From Ginkgo biloba (lineage: Eukaryota > Plantae > Ginkgophyta): DNA of 16,865 nt. Location of the stretch: assembly GCA_024626585.2 (NCBI GenBank), contig JANKJI020000002.1, positions 202,718,357 to 202,735,221 of the forward strand, read 5' to 3'. The notes beneath the pieces were generated by a model that searched no databases, was not told the origin of the DNA, and saw nothing but the letters and a program-made list of their open reading frames with translations. This document shows positions 10,555 through 16,865 of the stretch, one piece after another; position 1 is the stretch's first letter; each line of letters starts with the position of its first letter. Both the position numbers and the translations under genes were made by a program.

Positions 10555-11718
10555 TCCACAAAGCCACACTTTTATGCAAGCAGATTGGAGGTTTCAAAGA
10601 AAACTGCATTACAGTGGGCCATACTTGAAATGGTAATAACTTTTTTGTTTCGTTTCCCCTTAGGGACCACAACAACTCGTTTTAAAGGCCATGATGACCC
10701 CTACCTTTTAACATGATACTGGAGTTAAAATCGTTATATCCCATTTAGGTCATTGTGGTAAGTCAGCTCCAGACCTATTGACTCAGCTCTTGGTTGATGA
10801 TTAACCACCTATACTTCATTGGTTAGGATGTTTGTTCCAAACCAGGCTGTAACAATGCAGGAGGAGAAAAAAAACTAAGAATATCCTCTAGATCTACGTC
10901 TTGATAGCAAATATTGAATTTGTCCTTGATTGTAACTGAGCCAATGTTGATAAGATAATGAACTCCTTGATGATCGAATCACTTTTTGCATCAACATGTC
11001 TTGGATGCATCCATGGATCTCCAAAGAACATCTGAATGGGCTTACAAATATTGGGCAGTAACCGGCAACAAACAAAAGAAACCAGCACGCATAAGCTCTG
11101 CTGTGTGATTGAGGCAAGCTTTTGGTTATTTCATATCCATACTTGAAATGATTCTGTTTAAAATCTTTCTGTCAGAATAGTATTATGCCCCTGTAGGGTT
11201 AAGGAAAGCACTATGTACAAAACAAACAAAGCAAGTGGGCCATTGAAATAGTTACACGAAAAATGCCTGGGGCTAGCAGATTGGTCATCTATAAACAGAG
11301 TATATCCAAAAGCTATAAATAGGCCTAAAAATAGATTAAGTTATAAACATGTAAAAATCCACCAATTGAGTTTACTAAACATTTACCCCTCATGAACAAC
11401 CCCATAACATACACTTCTGCTTATTATTTTATGCTGCATTGTACATATTAATTTAAAGATCTGAGGGTTTGTGTACTAGACAGGCAAATGTACCCACTTG
11501 AGTCTTGCAATATTCTTCCATCCTAATTTTTTATTTTCTTTGAATTCTAGGCCAAAAATTGGGCTGCTTTTGCACTTTTCTAGATAGTTCTTGTGCTATG
11601 TTTGATCATCTGAGAAACAACTCATTCATTCTTGGGGCTGTAGCACCATCTCAGGTTGAATGCATGTGCTGCTGCGTTATGGACATGCCTCATACCTTGT
11701 GTGTAATGAAATAACTTT

Positions 11719-11778
11719 GGGATTTGAAATCATGACACTGATTGGCAAGTGCCATGTGCTAACCACTAGATCAAACTG
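11719..11778 (-). mobile_element. tRNA-derived head (SINE remnant or tRNA pseudogene), copy 1
   Basis: Minus strand cagtttgatctagtggttagcacatggcacttgccaatcagtgtcatgatttcaaatccc has an A-box-like TGATCTAGTGG and a B-box-like GATTTCAAATCC at tRNA spacing; no acceptor stem. Confidence 0.5.
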
Positions 11779-11960
11779 AATTATGCGAAAAAAACTGATT
11801 TAGTGTGACTTGAGGATTTAATGTGATGGGTATGCATTGCTGGATGCACTTGGATCTCAATAAAAAGGAACTGAGATATGCTCAAACTCTGCGTTGTGTT
11901 GTTCGTACATCAACCCAAGGCTTTAGGGTTATCTTATTTGATCAATTAAAATTATGCAAA

Positions 11961-12021
11961 GGCCATTGAACTTATGATTCACTGGTTCACAATTGCTACT
12001 GGTAACCACTAGACAAAACTG
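11961..12021 (-). mobile_element. tRNA-derived head, copy 2
   Basis: Minus strand cagttttgtctagtggttaccagtagcaattgtgaaccagtgaatcataagttcaatggcc aligns end to end with copy 1. Confidence 0.42.
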
Positions 12022-13918
12022 GCTTCATCTGCCCTTTTATTCTGCCAAGCTTGTGTCCGGGTCTGGCTGGGTACACGAACTGGGGACAGTACCCGCACCG
12101 GGGATGCGGGGACAGGTACTGGTAAGTTGGGCCGTAACCAACCATACTTGGGTGATGTCCCCATGTCCCCACTGGGACACCCAGCTGTCCCCTTAAGGAA
12201 AAAAATTAAAAGAAACAAAAAAAACAGTGAAAAAGTAAAGAAATTAACTGATATTATCCCTATGTTAGTTGCTAACTAAAGCTTACTACTAACTCATGTT
12301 TTACCAACCCTATTTCACTATATTAAAAGTGGGTAAGACTCTAAAAAGGAAACACAGCTTGCTGGATTTTTTTCTGACATATTTTAGAGTTGTGGGCAAC
12401 CAACAAAGGAAGGGCGAAGCTTTTCAACTTAGTTCTTCTTTGTTTTGCAAGGAGGAGAGGAAGGAGTGACTATACTTTCTTTTCTAAGAAAAAATAAAGC
12501 AGAAGACTTTTGGAAGAAGCATTTCATAATCATCATTTTTTTATTCTACTTAATGTCTTTATTCTTTCACTATTTAGACATTTTGACACTTAATGATTTA
12601 TGATTCTAAATCATGATTTTAGACTTATGCCTTGAAAGTTGACATGTGTCTCAAATTCTTAATGTTTCTATGGATGGTTTATGATTCGGATGGACGTATA
12701 TCTCAAATTCATAGTGTGCCTTTCACATTTCTATTTCAATGTTTATATGCATTTCTTCATACGCTTTAGCACCATAATTGACTAAGGACATTTCTTCAAC
12801 AAATGTCTATTTTTGCCTTATATTTATGCGTGTAATTTTTACCATATCATCTTTATGTTTTTCCAGACATTTTACTATAGTTATCTTTTGTTCTCCGAGA
12901 TCCCAATAATGTTGATTATTTTTACCCTTTTGCCACAAATACATTGGTATTCAAAAATATATACAACCTTACATGATGCTATTTTTGATTTATATTAGAA
13001 TATTCCTTAAGAATATTCCAACCCTATTTTTTAAATAATTTGGAAGCCACATCTTTATTGTGAGCAACCTTCACTTTTCATGGCATAGTGTAACAATAGA
13101 TGAGCGATGACCAATAGTGAACTTGAAATGCTTTAAAGCCTATATATTGGTCACTTGTAATTTAATGTGACCAAGGGCTTCCTTCAAAGGTTTGCCCCTC
13201 AAGGTTTTTGAATCCTAATATTCTACTATTAGGATTATTTTATTATGTATACAATCATGACAGAACGGAAGCACTGGTTGGGTGCACTACTATTGCCTGC
13301 TAAAATGAAATTAAGAACTATTGAAGAGTGTTACAGAGAGTGTGAAATGGATCACAATCTACAAGCAACATGAAAGCTTAGTCGAATTTGTTGAAGGATG
13401 CAGTGGATAATCGATTGAAGTCGAAAATATTATGGAATGTTGTATGCTTGACTCATTAGAGATGCCACTTTCCAGACACTACAAATGCTAGAGGAATGAG
13501 ACATCAACTATTTTGTTATCTCAATTCCTTGACTCTATGAATGGGAATAAGGCATATATAAGGCTTATTAAAGCCTTTCTTGCTAATTGGAAATGTAATT
13601 GCATCCTTGACTTGGAAATAGAACTAATCCATCAAGACCACATAACACAAAGAAATATAGACATATTAAACTATGTTGCTCTATTAGATTGGTTGATTTA
13701 TTCATTAAAAAAATGAGAATATAAAGCAATACAATTACAATGTGACGGACAATTGTTCTTTGGAATACATTTCTTATGGGATTATTTCCTTTGTAACCTT
13801 ATTTTTCATTGCATTGCAAAGACATTAAATTTATTCTAAGATCCCTACACAAATCTTAACTCAAAACAATAACACCAAACATTAGTATTAAACTTAATAA
13901 TATTTGTATACCAAACTG

Positions 13919-14086
13919 AGTAATCTTACTCATATTCTTAAGCAAAGAGAGATAATAGTAAGGATTCTTAAAGGTTTGTAAATTAAGGCCCCATTGACGC
14001 TTAGTAAGACGACCAAGTAGTATTACTTATATTCTTAAGCAAAGGTAGATAATAATAGGGATCCTTAATAGGTTTATGAAGTAAGG
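13919..14086 (+). repeat. Degenerate 70-bp direct repeat, 97-bp period
   Basis: 13919-13988 vs 14016-14086, sharing the core ttactYatattcttaagcaaag..agataata. Confidence 0.8.
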
Positions 14087-14339
14087 AAGCTATTTTTATT
14101 GTGGCTATCAAACAAAATTGATATTGGACACTACGCATGCCCAAAATTCTAACTGTAAGCCTCACGAAAAATTGACGAATTGGAATGTGAATGATAGAAA
14201 ACTGTAGTGAAACCACATCTTGGTTAGATAAGAGTATTTTTTCAATCTTTACACAACTTTTCCTCTCCATGAATGAATTAACTCCTTGAAATGATTTGAT
14301 GATGCTCTTGATTTAAGATATACATACTACCATGACGAG

Positions 14340-14439
14340 NNNNNNNNNNNNNNNNNNNNNNNNNNNNNNNNNNNNNNNNNNNNNNNNNNNNNNNNNNNNN
14401 NNNNNNNNNNNNNNNNNNNNNNNNNNNNNNNNNNNNNNN
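14340..14439. other. Assembly gap (100 N)
   Basis: Run of exactly 100 N. Confidence 0.99.
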
Positions 14440-14569
14440 AACTTGTCATGTCATACAAATGATAAAATAAAGTTTAAACTATATGAACATTGAAACATTC
14501 AAATTTAAAACTATAAAATTGTAAACATGAGCATTAAGACATAAAATATGTAACATTGTAATGTGTAGC

Positions 14570-14593
14570 TATATATATATATATATATATATA
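14570..14593. repeat. (TA)12 microsatellite
   Basis: Direct reading. Confidence 0.95.
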
Positions 14594-14774
14594 CACACCA
14601 TACCCATGTACTAGTGCACCCATATTTCTTGGGTATGCATTTTGGGGGCGCTACCTTGTGATCCCCCATCTCCATGAACCCATGCAACCTTGCTTCAAAG
14701 ATGCTCTTGTTTGTGGGATTGAGTTGTTTCTCAATTTTGTTTAGCTCAGCGGTCTGATGCTATTGAATCTACAG

Positions 14775-16283
<1,509 letters not shown>

Positions 16284-16865
16284 TTTGGTGCACATTATTC
16301 CTTGATAATAGTGAACTGCATTCATTAATTGGAGGCTTTGGGCCCCAGGAGTTTACTCCATTTTGGTGATTTAAAAATTCACCAAGGTATGGATGTAATC
16401 ATGGACCGAGTGAGGGAACGAGCTGGCATGAGAGGATCCAATTGCTGCTGTGCTGTCACTTCATGCCACCCCTCTGAATTTCACATCTGGCATGTTGTCC
16501 CAGCTAATACTGCATTTTTCCAGTGCATTTGATTACTGAGGCTTTGGACTCCAGAAATTTTGTGCAAAGCCTGTGATTTTAAGATTTTGAACGAATATCC
16601 TTTTGAGGCAATTCATTCTTTCTTATCACACTCCAGACCTTGATTCTTTTACGATTTTGAGTTTAGATTTTCAGGTTTGAGGTTTTTAAATGAGACTTGA
16701 AAGTATTTGTTTTTCACAGTTGAGGGGCATTGAATATGTAAGCCCCAATCCCTGACATTGATCTTATTTGTAAGTGAGTATGAAGCTTTGTTAGCACCAA
16801 TAGGCGCTTCTTACATTCACAAGCAGGGGCAGATTTTGTCAAAGAAGACATTTCCCTGGGTAAAG

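Larger units (their letters stand above)
12046..14692. mobile_element. Candidate non-autonomous DNA transposon (hAT-like ends), or two separate termini
   Basis: The left end caagcttgtgtccgggt... with GGGGAC/GTCCCC/GGGTAC subterminal motifs (12046-12192) loosely inverts the right end ...acccatgcaaccttg. The interior is AT-rich with no recognisable transposase, there is no TSD, and a gap lies inside. Confidence 0.35.
1..14774 (+). other. Probable long TE-filled murA intron (3' part)
   Basis: Ends at the acceptor AG 14773-14774. I found no exon encoding the expected preceding LPGGC..G.RP...H..GL..LGA motif in the called bases. The three 100-N gaps of unknown true size weaken this call. Confidence 0.6.

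Noticed and set aside
6476-10559. Apparently paralogous small ORFs (6476-6809 vs 10110-10539)
   Set aside because: The similarity comes from LTR homology; stops and frames are not conserved between copies.
10560-11700. Possible upstream murA exon or an independent small gene (ORFs 10875-11117, 10894-11088)
   Set aside because: No PGGC/RP motif or other recognisable protein similarity was found.
11714-11785. Functional tRNA-Gly gene
   Set aside because: No acceptor stem pairing, and the T-arm and anticodon stem are degenerate.
13108-13173. Short inverted repeats (tgaccaata/tattggtca; tggtcac/gtgacca)
   Set aside because: Only 7-9 bp arms in AT-rich DNA, compatible with chance.
16329-16532. 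67-aa ORF after the murA stop
   Set aside because: Non-ATG start, no recognisable motif, and it lies in the presumptive 3' UTR.

Overview
Draft-assembly genomic DNA (four N gaps) from a large-genome land plant; the TE-filled intron style is most like a gymnosperm, though a fern cannot be excluded. The only host gene is the 3' part of an intact, spliceosomal-intron-containing murA (UDP-N-acetylglucosamine 1-carboxyvinyltransferase, first committed step of peptidoglycan synthesis): five + strand exons at 14775-16283, 300 codons plus stop. No earlier murA exon is visible, so positions 1-14774 are probably one long intron. That stretch holds: a decayed LINE with a coiled-coil/RRM-type ORF1 and an APE endonuclease; a decayed minus-strand Ty3/gypsy chromovirus (RNase H, integrase, chromodomain, PPT, about 1.8-kb LTR); an opposite-orientation solo LTR of the same family nested in that LTR; an unrelated 983-bp solo LTR inserted in pol; DNA-transposon-like termini; and two tRNA-like (SINE-type) heads. 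All alignments were done by eye.
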